Positions 52,750 through 64,000 of a DNA stretch of 64,000 nt are shown piece by piece; position 1 is the stretch's first letter, and each line of letters begins with the position of its first letter. This DNA comes from Lytechinus pictus (lineage: Eukaryota), in contig NC_087247.1 of assembly GCF_037042905.1 (NCBI RefSeq), forward strand, positions 1,550,001 through 1,614,000, given 5' to 3'. Made by a program: the position numbers and the translations under genes. Under the pieces are notes generated by a model. The model did no database searches. It was not told the DNA's origin and saw only the letters and a program-made list of their open reading frames with translations.

Positions 52750-53210
52750 GGCAAAGGTTTATTAATAAGAATACAACGTTCTTCTCTAAAATCATAAATT
52801 TATGACGTCCCACGCGAGCAGCTGGCCCATGATAGGTTCTGTGAATCATCATGAATTTCGTGGTATGCCATTCTATTTTAGTGGTATGCCATTCTATTTT
52901 TGTTCTCATCCAATAGAACTGAACCTTTTACGAATGTTAATGATTTAAAGAAACAATAAAATCTTAATATCGTTAGATATCATTTAAGTACAGAATCGAA
53001 CATGATTATTTGGTACTTAGAATATAACGTCTCGGATTGGTGATTATCACCGAATACATTATGATGTAAATGCATGAACTGATTTTACACGATACTAAAT
53101 GAAAAAAAAAAAATAAGTAAGGTTACCTATGATTGCGTAGTACATGCGACCTTACTTTAAACGCGTTTGATTGTCCCTGGAAAGCCTACCGATTCTCTTT
53201 TTTTTAACAG

Positions 53211-53326
53211 AACGAGATTAGTCTACTGGATAAGATATCAACTTGTTACAAAGTACTTTACCAAGCTTATTTGCTGTGAGGACTACAAATGGGATTCGGA
53301 ACAGAGTTTATGTCTTCCAATAACGG
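53211..53326 (+). CDS. Gene D C-terminal EMI exon (TRLVYWIRYQLVTKYFTKLICCEDYKWDSEQSLCLPIT)
   Basis: taacag acceptor and gtaagt donor; 116 nt, phase 2-1. Confidence 0.87.
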
Positions 53327-53610
53327 GTAAGTCAAGGTTATAGATCTAGGATTTGAGTCCCAGAGATGTCCATTGCTGTGCGGTGGGGTCCGAATACAAT
53401 TCCATTAACGAACTACAGGGTGTTCAATGTAGATTACACATAATCACACGGGGTTAATGAAATTATAATATAAGCTAAGCTTCGATGGTATGAGAACGTT
53501 TGCCAAGCTAATTTTTCGGATTTCAAAACGAAACTTACAAACAAGCAAATAGATGGACACAATAATAACCTACTAAGGGAAGAAGGAATTGTATGTTTTT
53601 TTAAATTCAG

Positions 53611-53794
53611 TTCCAGATGACCTGTCGACTCTAACCGTGACAACAGAAAGTTTACTTACTGGTCCGTCTCACAATCAAGTACCTAATGTCATAATCAGCA
53701 TTATCGTCGTCATCATTGTCGCAGTATCGATCGCATTGGTCTGCGTGGTGTATCGACGTCGTAGAGCTCACAGGATACAGACGAAAGTTCATCA
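53611..53794 (+). CDS. Gene D short stalk plus TM exon (VIISIIVVIIVAVSIALVCVVY, RRRR)
   Basis: Lies in ORF 53589-53798; ttcag acceptor and gtaagt donor; phase 1-2. Confidence 0.87.
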
Positions 53795-54144
53795 GTAAGT
53801 GCCTATCAGTTAATTATTTGTTTTATTTCACCTCCTTTATTGTGGGCGCGTAACCCATTGCCGTCTTACTTCAAAAACAGGATGACTTTTTTTCGTAACG
53901 ACAGGTACCCAGATATGAATACTCGACATACTTTTTTCTGACAAAAAAATAATCTTCCGGTTCCTTTTATTGGATCAGTATTACCGGTGGATGAATAGAG
54001 GGCTTTACATATTTAAATTACTGTCGATTGTGCATTAGAAAATAAAGATTATGTCGTGTATGCGTTAGAGTAATTGTCGTATTCGAAAAAAAAATAGAAA
54101 ATCCATATCATATTGTTGAAACAGAAATTGCTCAATTAATCTTG

Positions 54145-54322
54145 GGCCCGTCAGCCACTGAGCAGCGCCAGATCGACGTTGCTCTATCCAAGAAATTATT
54201 TGAAAGCCAAACAGGGTAGCAGTATTTCCAATATCTTAACGACTTTTGGTCTGCCGCGACCAGGGTTTGAACTCCCGACCTTCCGGTTGTGATACGGACG
54301 CTCTACCAACTGAGCCAACACA
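54145..54322 (-). mobile_element. tRNA-derived SINE fragment
   Basis: Minus strand reads tggctcagttggtagagcg...gggagttcaaaccc (A and B boxes). Confidence 0.7.
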
Positions 54323-55177
54323 TCAGAATTGTTGAAATTAATTGATTTATCATACCATATCGAGGACATGTTCATTACTTTATTTCGGAAGTGACAGAAT
54401 CATCGTAGCTACAGTTTGTGGTAGCAGTAGCATAGTCGTATAGTATAGTATCAATACTATTCAATTCAATTCTTAATTTCATTTCCATTCAAAACATAAT
54501 ACAAAGTAATATAAAGTAATACAATTCAAGTACAATTTTACAGAAGGGCATTCTTACTTCGTAAAAAAACAAAAAAAAACAGTATAATATAGAGCATAAA
54601 TGGAAATGAGGGGGATCCACTAAAAAGCAAAGCTTGTAAATTGTGGATCCCCCTTAGAAAGGAAGTATAGTAGACTTATTCTCATATGCGTACATATATG
54701 TATTACAGGAAAGAAAAAGAGAACAAAAGAAATCATACGGATGCAAATATAATTACTGAACAAATGCAAAGCTTTTCACACAAAGAGGTCTTCGTAGTAA
54801 AGGATGTGTTGCACAAGACAGAAGAAAGAAAAAAAAACAGAAAGAGAGAGGGGATGACAAGACATAGAAGACAAGACAAAACAAAAGACAGGACAGTACA
54901 AGACAAGATAAACATGCATGCATGTACAAGACAATATAAACATGCATGCACAAGACCAAGTGGACACTACACTAACTTTTTGTTACAACACACACTGTTA
55001 GAAATAAAACTGTACCAAAATAATAATAATTATTATTATTGGCAGCTGGGACTAAAAAACAGTATGAACTGTTAAATTACGATGGGCTGTAAAAATGCAG
55101 AAATACTGGATAACTGTAAAAAGAAAAAAAAACACTATTGTAACATTAATTTAACATGAAAATCGCCGTTAATTTAC

Positions 55178-56363
55178 AAACAAGTGGAATGCCTCTGGCG
55201 GTCTCACCTGCATCACGCGATTCAATATAGCAGCAGTGCTGACTTTGAAAGCTACTATAAAATAATTATTCACAAAAAACACCATTCATATAATGATTCA
55301 ATACTACGTTCATTGATATTTGACTTTGATCATGTGACTTAAAACTTGTCAGTGATACTTGATTACCCCTATATCCACATTTTATACACTATATCTATAT
55401 ACTGTGAAAGTTATGACAGCAATCTAATAATTACCTCTAAAATTACCAAAGTTCAATTACCTTAAATGACCTTTGACTTTCGTCATGTGACCTGAAACTT
55501 GCATGAAGTGTTCAGTGATACTTGATGACTCTTATGTCCAAGTTTTATGAACTAGACCAATATACTTACAGAGTTATGATGGTAATTCAACAAATACCCC
55601 CAACATGGCCAAAGTCGATTGACCTTTGACTTTCGTCATGTGACCTGAAACTCGCACAAGATGTTCATTGATACTTGGTTACTCCTATGTCCACGTTTTA
55701 TGAACTAGACCAATACACGTACACGGCTTTGATAGTAATTCAACAAATACCCCCAACATGGCCAAATTTCATTGACCTTAAATGACCTTTGACCTTGATC
55801 ATGTGACCTGAAACTCGGACGGGGTGTTCAAAGATACTTGATTACTCTTATGTCCAAGTTTCATGAATCAGATCTATAAACGTTCAAAGTTATGATGGTA
55901 ATACAACATATACCCCAATTTGGCCAAAGTTCATTGACCCTAAATGACCTTTGACCTTGGTCATGTGACCTGAAACTCAAGCAGGATATTCAGTAATACT
56001 TGATTAACTTTATATCCAAGTTTCATGAACTAGGTTCATACATTTTTTAAGTTATGATGACATTTCAAAAACTTAACCTTAGGTTAAGATGTTGATGTTG
56101 ATTCCCCAACATGGTCTACGTTCATTGACCCTAAATGACCTTTGTCCTTGGCCATGTGACCTGAAACTTAGGCAGGATGTTCAGTAATACTTGATTAACC
56201 TTATGGTCAAGTTTCATGAACTAGGTTCATATACTTTCTAAGTTATACTGTCATTTCAAAAACTTAACCTTCGTTTAAGATTTGGTGTTGACACCGCCCC
56301 GGCCGCCGCCGTCGGAAAAGCGGCTCCTATAGTCTCACTCTGCTTCGCAGGTGAGACAAAAAA
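55178..56363 (-). mobile_element. Helentron/DINE-like non-autonomous element with an internal array of roughly 120-180 bp repeats
   Basis: Subterminal inverted repeat gtctcacctgc (55201) / gcaggtgagac (56347); extra inverted gtctcac at 56332; gcctctggc hairpin near the other end; A/T-run flanks; repeated gacctttgaccttggtcatgtgacctgaaactc units. Confidence 0.7.
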
Positions 56364-56482
56364 GGGACACTATTTATACAATAAATGCACTGCAATTAAC
56401 GGAAAAACAGGATAGTTATTTTATATTTTTACAAAGATAATCATATTTTACTTCGTTTTACATTTAACTTGTTACATATCAC

Positions 56483-56685
56483 CATAGGCGGCGGAAGATT
56501 TTTTGCTGATAACCTTTTTTTTTTTTTTTTGCTTGTCAAAAAATGTTGGTGATCCCCCCTAAAATTTAGGTTGATAATCTTTTTTTTTGTTTTTTTGTTT
56601 TTGCTTGTCAAATTTTTTAACCGTGTCCATCCCAAAATTTCGGGTGGACCCCCCCCCCTTATTTTTTTGGCTTCCGCCGCCAATG
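56483..56685. mobile_element. hAT-like MITE
   Basis: TIR cataggcggcggaag / cttccgccgccaatg; perfect 8-bp TSD catatcac. Confidence 0.8.
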
Positions 56686-56888
56686 CATATCACTGCATAA
56701 ATACATTTGATTTGTTAAATCATTGTGTCGTCTGTTTTTAAAAGGTAAACATCCTGTAAATTTACGATCTTTCTTTGTAAAATTACTAGTATCTTTATCA
56801 GTGCAGCCAGTACACAATATCTTCAATAATTGTTTTAACTTTTTGTTCATTTTATGCAATTGCATACCTTTTTCCTTCAAATTTCCAG

Positions 56889-56935
56889 AGCCTTGCAGAT
56901 GAAACATCTGAAACACTCGGACATATCAGAAGCAA
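56889..56935 (+). CDS. Gene D cytoplasmic mini-exon (ALQMKHLKHSDISEA)
   Basis: ttccag acceptor and gtaagt donor; 47 nt as in gene C; phase 2-1. Confidence 0.75.
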
Positions 56936-57314
56936 GTAAGTACAATGAACGCTCAAATACACCCAGTAACGTATTTTCGTTATTTTGAAACGTGTCAGAG
57001 CTTGTGTTATGTCTACATTGTCATGTTAACAACACTGAACATTGTATTATAAATAGATAATCTATTACAAGTTTGTGTTCACTGGTTTTGGTTTACGTAA
57101 TTATTATTAAAAAAAATTAAGAGAAATGTTGACACTTCAGGTTAAATATTTTATGAGAACTTATACGCTTGTATAATGCAAAAAATCCATTATTTCAAAT
57201 GCATGCGTCTTTGACAATGCTGTTTAAGGTATATTTGACGAAAACACGATTATTGCCAAAATTCGAATTATTTATTTTACTCTGCCAATTAAATTTCCTT
57301 TTATAAATTCCTAG

Positions 57315-57697
57315 CCCTAACCACAAAAGCTGCAAAACCAACCGAGAAGGTAGATGGACCAACCAAGAACTCCCGCGTAACACATAAGCAGGATACAGAC
57401 GCATGCATCGACAACAGATCCTGGCAGGCTAACCAATCTAGTGTCAAAGATAAAATATATGAAAATTTTCCAGCACACTCTTACATGGACAAGATAATTT
57501 CCTCTGGTAAGAGAGTAGGCCTGCCTGACAATGGTGACGAAGTTGATGAGAAACCATCGAGCTCAGCTGTCGCCGACGGAAGCTTGCATGTGTACGAGTA
57601 TTGCTGCATCCAAAGTAACACCATGACACCCAGCTCCGGTTGCCGAGAGGGCGCTAGACAAGGAGTGTACGAAGCAGTAGGCGACCTACGGTTTTAA
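57315..57697 (+). CDS. Gene D terminal exon: short tail (IYENF, VYEY, VYEAV); spliced CDS 927 nt = 308 aa
   Basis: cctag acceptor, phase 1; open into ORF 57485-57697. ACID, SYMD, EVDE.PSS and EGA...YE.VGD align with the gene C tail. Confidence 0.75.
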
Positions 57698-58209
57698 TGC
57701 ACGTGATCATCTGAACAAAAGCTCTGGAACGAATACAGTAAACATGTTGTATTATGTGAATATGTAAAAATAGAATATCAAGCACCCTTTCGCAGAGAAA
57801 GAATAGGGGGGTTGATGTGTGTGTGTATGTGTGTGTGTGTGTGTGTGTGTGCGAGTGAGAGAGAGGGAGGATGAGGATTCATGGTCTTCTTTTAATACAG
57901 GGGGGCACTTTTGTAAGCAATAGAGCGAAGCAAACTAGTAAGCAATGAACGTATTTTTGTAATATTCATCTTTTATGGTTGACGAAGAAGGATCTGATGC
58001 ACACTTCTCCAAGATTTTTGTATAAACTAGCAAGAACCCCCCCCCCCAGTCCTATGCTTGAAAACAAATAGAAATTGAAGTTCTATGTCATGCTTTATAA
58101 GTCACGATCATTCTCAATAAACATATGAAACATAACCCATGTTTTTTTTTTCTTTTGCAGTATGACTAATGTGGGTGTGCGATTGTGTGCGTAAAAATGC
58201 GAGGGTGGA

Positions 58210-58400
58210 GGTGCCGTGGCCGAGTGGTCTAAGGCGCCTGGCTATACATGGAAAGTCCGGGGTTCGATCCCCGGCCGCGGCACCTATGACCGTGAGCAAG
58301 GCATTTAATCTCCAATGCTCTTTTATTCTGCCTTCAAATAAATGGAAATGCTATATGCATTATTGGTAACTAGGTGTGCAATTGTTTGTTTAAAAAAAAA
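58210..58400 (+). mobile_element. tRNA-derived SINE (tRNA-like head 58210-58284)
   Basis: A and B boxes, paired acceptor and T stems, unpaired anticodon stem; followed by gagcaaggcattta core and an A-rich tail. Confidence 0.7.
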
Positions 58401-59120
58401 AAAGGTGTTGGTTCATGTATGTGTGGTAGGTTTGTGTGAGGTTTTGCGGAAGTGTTGGTGGGTTTGTGTTGATGTGCTGGTGAGTGCATTGTTTGTGATT
58501 GTGTATTGCATTTGACGGATGTGAAGTACAGATCATTGAAAAAAAAATGTTATCTCGAGATAAATATGCTTTTGGGGGGGGGGGTTCAAGGAGGAAAGAC
58601 AACACTGAAAATTACTGATATTTACGGCATAAACTGTTGTTCACATATTGCTAAAACTGATATTCGGTATTAACTCATAAAAACTTACAGACAGGTGGAA
58701 CATTATATTGTAATATGGATTAAATAAATCCTCCAAGAAATTATGGAAACAGATTTATGATTTTAACATATATCATGGATAAGAGCTGATGTGAAAAAAG
58801 AGAAAAGAATGGTAATTCAAAGGTTTGCAAAGAAAAATTGAAAATATGAATACAAGAACGAGACAATTAGGCTAAGGGATATTCATTTCGAGAATACAAA
58901 ATTTGTCCCATGTCTTAGTCTATTTTGTTTTCATTAAATTCGTGCGCTTTTAATGGAATTCAGGAGCCAGGGTGTCTCATAAAGATGTTCGTAAAGTTTC
59001 GCAGGACTGAGCGCATGACTGGAACATGTTCTTAGGAGCTAATGCAGCTACATACTACATAGAACTATATATACTATGTTGCACGAGAAGTGGTCATCAG
59101 TCGTAAGTAAAGTCATACCT

Positions 59121-59512
59121 AAAGCCCGCATCACACTTATTCCGAATCAAGCATAATTGGCCTGAATGAAAGGACTATTGTTTGACCACCAGTTGGTCAT
59201 TTAAATCTACTTCGAACACCGTTCGAAAATATCCCGAAATGACAAAAATATTTCGAATGCACTCAAAATGCAGTAAGGATATTTAGAATGCCCCTAGAAT
59301 GTCCAAGAACGTAGCACGAATTATCAATCTGACTCCATTGCGGTTCATTTTGACTAGTGTATGGTGATACACCTGGTCAATTTACTGAATTTCAACTCCA
59401 GTTTGGTGAATTCATAAGTTCCTCCCAAAAATTTCTAGATTTTTTAAATATTTTTTCTTTCCAGCTTCTGCTTGATTCCTGCTGATTCCGAATAAGTGTG
59501 ATGGGGGCTTAA
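59121..59512. mobile_element. PIF/Harbinger-like MITE nested in a palindromic MITE
   Basis: aagcccgcatcacacttattccgaatca / tgattccgaataagtgtgatgggggctt inverted ends with TAA/TTA-like flanks. Confidence 0.6.
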
Positions 59513-61433
59513 CTTACAAATAGCTTTATGGAACGCACAACCGGATATAAATCAAAGACATCATGGGCTCACTCTATGAAAATACCCCGTCAATGCCCCC
59601 CTGACAATTTACAAAGGTTTTTTCTTCTTCTTCTTCATTATTTAGTTAATTCCAGTTCGGGTTTTGAAGAGTGCTAACAGGTAATTGCCAAATTAAAAGC
59701 CCTGAAAATAAATGATCCGACAAAAATAACGAATTTTCATACAATCTAATCGGCAAAACAGTAACATTTATCACTTTATTCAATTCAATGCAATTAAAAA
59801 TCAATATCATCGTTGAGTTATGCAAGAAAAAAGCACAAAAAGTAATGGCTTATTAAATAATCTTTATTAAATAATCTGCGAATAAAGTTTTTGAATGTCT
59901 TTTTTGTCGGTCCATACTATTTGGAATGCATATCAATGTTAATTTTTCATTACCAACGTTTAAAACAGAAACTTAAAAGAAAATTAAAATTTGTTTTAAT
60001 TATCCAGGCATTATTTGGTGGCGTTCATTTCTTTCATGTTTTTTTATTTTGTTAAATCAAATTTGCTGATCTTTCAGATTGTCATGATTGCATTCCAGGG
60101 AATCATGAAAAGGGAAAATAAATGAATAAAGATTATCATAATCATACAAACACAGATGTGATGGAAAAAGTATGGACCATAGAGATGTTACTCTCTGGTA
60201 CGCACCTACGACATGTACGACGCCCCCTACCGACACGAAACTTGTTGTCTCCCTGTCAACAGTTCAGGTTCAGCAAAATAATGCGTTGCTGTCGTCGTAT
60301 TTTGACAGAGAGAAAACTATATACATGTAGAGAAGTACACTAAACTAGTCGAGATTTGACAGACTTTTGCATACACTTGCTCTTCGTGCACCGGAACCCT
60401 TGAATTCATTTTAACGTTCGTATTGGATGTGACTTTTACCTGGAGCTGAAACTGAGACGTATCTTCTGACGATACGAGATATAAGATCCATTCTTTGATG
60501 CAGGGGTGAAATTGTGTAGAGGAATACTTGTGATTTGTGAGGAATCATTTTCCGTGTAAGTTAATGTCACTCTTTTACCACGTATTCCCATGTCAATGAA
60601 TGTCAGGTTTAGTACGTTAATATTTATGGATTGATGTTTTATCCAATCATGTATGTTTCGGTATTAAAAAAATCAAAATAATCAGTCTTTAAATCATGTA
60701 AATAGTATTTTGCTTATTTTTAGCTTTCTCAACTTTTTACATAATTATTATAGCCATCATGGTCATAAAATTATTTTGTTTTTCACTGGTATTAAAGTTT
60801 GAAACTTTTTTTAGATGTTAGTATACAATCGATGATATCGAACACATTTATTTATTTCGGCCAATGAAAGCTTCTGATATAAATAACGCACAAAAACTTT
60901 TCATGGAGTTTTCTTTCATGACAAAATCTTTTCCTGGATTTTTTTGAGCTTTTTTTTTTAGAACCAAGCTGATCAAGATCTATCGGGTTCACTAATATAT
61001 CGTAAAATCATTCGGGTTTTGCATTTCACGTGTCACTATTGGCATATTTGGCAGTTTATGTGCTTTTTAGCAGACACAATAAAAAGAAAACCAATTGAAA
61101 CTTGAAAGTCTTATAGTTTATAATAGACTTATACAGTTGTTGATATTTTCTCTAAAGATTGATGAGCCATATGTTGTGCACGACACAGGTCTTGTACACA
61201 TTTAAGATGCTGCTAAATTGGTGGACTTTAGGCATAGGAATCGTGCAACAATAATTAATTCACTTTCACTAATCTGACAATAATTTCAATAACCATGATT
61301 ACTTTACTCCCGATAAAATCTGAAATGTATACTTCTATCTCACACTATCTTTTACAAAAAAGGTAGTTTTCACTGAGGTTAAACTACCTACACACCTTGC
61401 AGCCACCGTCGTTTCCAGTTCCCAAGGACCATC

Positions 61434-61528
61434 ATGTCATTTCGGAAAGCCACTTCCCTGGTCTTTCTCATCACGTGTGTGTCTATTGCCCATCCTTTGT
61501 CAGGCTCCAACGTTTGTACCTCATTAAG
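61434..61528 (+). CDS. Gene E first coding exon: signal peptide plus LSGSNVC start of an EMI domain (MSFRKATSLVFLITCVSIAHPLSGSNVCTSL)
   Basis: ttgcag acceptor ending at 61402; atcATG start; AG|gtaaga donor, phase 2, a few codons after the Cys as in genes B-D. No downstream exons found in the window. Confidence 0.65.
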
Positions 61529-64000
61529 GTAAGACCACAAGATACCGGCTAAAGTTATCTTAAAGTGATCAAGTTTGTTCGAAGCATATTACCATGCCGT
61601 GAGTATTCCATTAAAAAAATTACTATGTCAAGGGAAATTTTTCTTCATGGTAACTCCTATGGCAACCTTGATTTTGATTGGCCGATGCGCCATGGAAATT
61701 AAGCATAATGGCAAAGTGTAAATAGCGTAAGATTTTATACAGCGGGACATACTTTAAACTTACCATGGGGATATTAACGTTTACTTTTAATTCGCTTTGA
61801 GCGTTACATTAAAATGATCGAAAGAGGAAACCTGATAATTTTTTTCTTGTGCAAACTTTTTTGTTTTTTTTTAAGGACTGGTTTAAACACTTCTCTTTTT
61901 GGTTGTTAAAGGTCTGGCCTAAACACTTTTCTCATACTAGTACCAAATACCTCTAGATCAACATGATCAATTAGTCAAATCAGTATGGCAGGACTGCTTT
62001 TAGTTTGATATATCCAAAGTCATAACACGCTGCTCTTGTCATGACTGCTGATAGGATAAGAGTTGCACGGGAGCTGCATAGTAAATGCATCGTTATTCCA
62101 CAGCTAAGAAAATGACGAAAAGTGCCCGTTCTCATGGTTCTCTTGTTTTCGACCACATATTTGTCGTAGAGCAGTGAAATAGAATCTAGGAAATAGTTGC
62201 ACGGATACATGATGTACGGTTCTAGTGAGCCTACAGTACATTATGAAATGCATGGGAAAATATAGTCACATGGATGTGGAGCAGACAGCTGTGTAGAATT
62301 GTAAACCAGGTTCATGTTACATGAAAAAAAGAGAAAAAAATTATGAATCGCAGTATGACCCTTGCGTGCTTTCATAGCGATGCAGTCTTGACCTCTTAAC
62401 ACAATCAAAGTGGATCGAAACTTGCAGGGTAAGAAAAATAGTACCATGTGCACCTTATTTTGGTTTGTTTACTCGAGCTTTCCTCCCTGAACGAAATAGT
62501 TCGTAACCTTTTGTGTTTTATTGTTTGGTTATTCCCTTGCAAGCTCCATATTTAGGTATGAAAGATCCAGTAAACAATATGTAGCCCGTCTGAACTTGAA
62601 CGAGAAAGTTTTATGCATAAAGCTTTTTGTTGTTCATAGTTCATTTTCACTAAGTATCACAAAAAAAATGTTTAAGAATATTTGATATGATGATATTTAT
62701 TTGGACATTTAGATGAAGGCAAAGCTTTTGATTTATTTTACCAACGGAACTATTAGCATGTGAATTTTTGAAGAAAAAGTGAAAAGAATATGAAAAATAA
62801 ACTATTCCATTTACCTGTAGCAATCATTGTTTCTTTAGAATGCCACATGAATCAAAATGAGATATGGCAGCAAATCGGTGGTTGCCATGGTGATGTCAGC
62901 TGTCTTAGTTTTTTTAAACAGTATTTTTGTTATTTGTGAATAGAAATAAATTGGAATTGGCAAGTTATATTTGGAAATTGAGATGTCTTCTGTACCAATA
63001 AATTACACGTAATGTTTATGGCTAGATGATGGACGGCCGGAACGTGGCCCTTAGTTTGTGATATTTCACAAAGTTGAGAATTATTCAGTCTGACTCATTT
63101 ATCAAAATCATAATTTATTAGTATATCAGGGCTAGGTCCCATATTCCCTATCTAACGTTCTTCGTTGTGTTTACTGTCTCATTATGCAAATAAAAAAAAT
63201 CAACCAAAAATGCAAACATACAAAAAGATGTTGAAACACAAACAATACATAAAACAATTAGATGGGGAAAAGACAATTCATATAATTATTTTCCCATTAC
63301 AAACATACACAAATAAACATTCAGGTTTGTTGTACTTGAGTTGTCAAAGCTATAGTTAATCTCGATGTTTCCAGCGTGATAATCGGAAGCAACCATCCTT
63401 CCGCAAGGATATACCGCTGACCTATCATTTTACCGTCAGTGGTTTAGATTTAAAGGGGTTTCATTATCAAAGGGTTTGGATTTCAGATAATTAGCAGCAG
63501 AGTATATACTTAGTTTTGTTGTTGTTGTTGTTGTTGTTGAATTAAATACTGAATTTAATTAAACATTTTATTCACTTCTGTTTAAAATCATTAATGTTTT
63601 ATTACTAGTTTTCCAGCCATGTAGGAATTGAGTATTCGAACTAGAATTTTCGCCATGCATATCTTTTTTCCATGGTTTCGTTTAATCATTTACTCAGTTT
63701 GATATGCAATCATAAAAATAATTATTCTCTTTTCTAACTTCTAATTTTCTTCATATGCCTTAATGATCTATGGCGATGTGTGGCAATATCACTTTAATTT
63801 AAAAATATTCTTCAAACTCGTTCAAAGCTTCCCCATGCGTATTATCATATTCGAAGCTTTCAATAATTCATCTATCAAACATGTACGTCTTAAATATCTG
63901 AAATATTTTAACATTGTAACATAAGCTTTATAATATAGCGTTATGCTTAACAAAATTGTTTCTCTCAACCACCCCCCCCCCCCATCTTACTTTTCGATTT

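Noticed and set aside
52250-52797. Phe-rich TM-like ORFs (and similar low-complexity ORFs at 54686-55075)
   Set aside because: They come from pyrimidine- or purine-rich low-complexity intronic and MITE sequence.
58210-58284. Functional tRNA gene
   Set aside because: The anticodon stem does not pair and the sequence runs into a SINE-type core and tail.

Overview
AT-rich, intron-rich animal genomic DNA. The repeat landscape looks echinoderm or sea-urchin-like, which is inference only. By hand-splicing across GT-AG boundaries I find a + strand tandem cluster of at least five related genes (A-E) that the ORF track mostly misses. Each complete gene encodes a type I membrane protein: signal peptide, one small EMI-like Cys domain (C..CxxxxxC..YR..CCxGY..CLPI), Ser/Thr-rich stalk, one TM helix and a disordered Tyr-motif-rich tail. 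B (580 aa), C (706 aa) and D (308 aa) are complete and share intron phases 2-2-1-2-1. A lacks its first coding exon in this window, and only the first coding exon of E is visible. They resemble Draper/CED-1/MEGF10/Nimrod receptors without any EGF/NIM repeats. The ectodomains are strongly diverged and the tails differ in motif content. The window also holds a full-length, mildly decayed Tx1/L1-clade LINE with a 13-bp TSD, a mariner-type deletion derivative, two Helentron/DINE-like elements with internal tandem arrays, nested hAT-type MITEs and tRNA-derived SINEs. No database searches were run; family calls rest on motif recognition.
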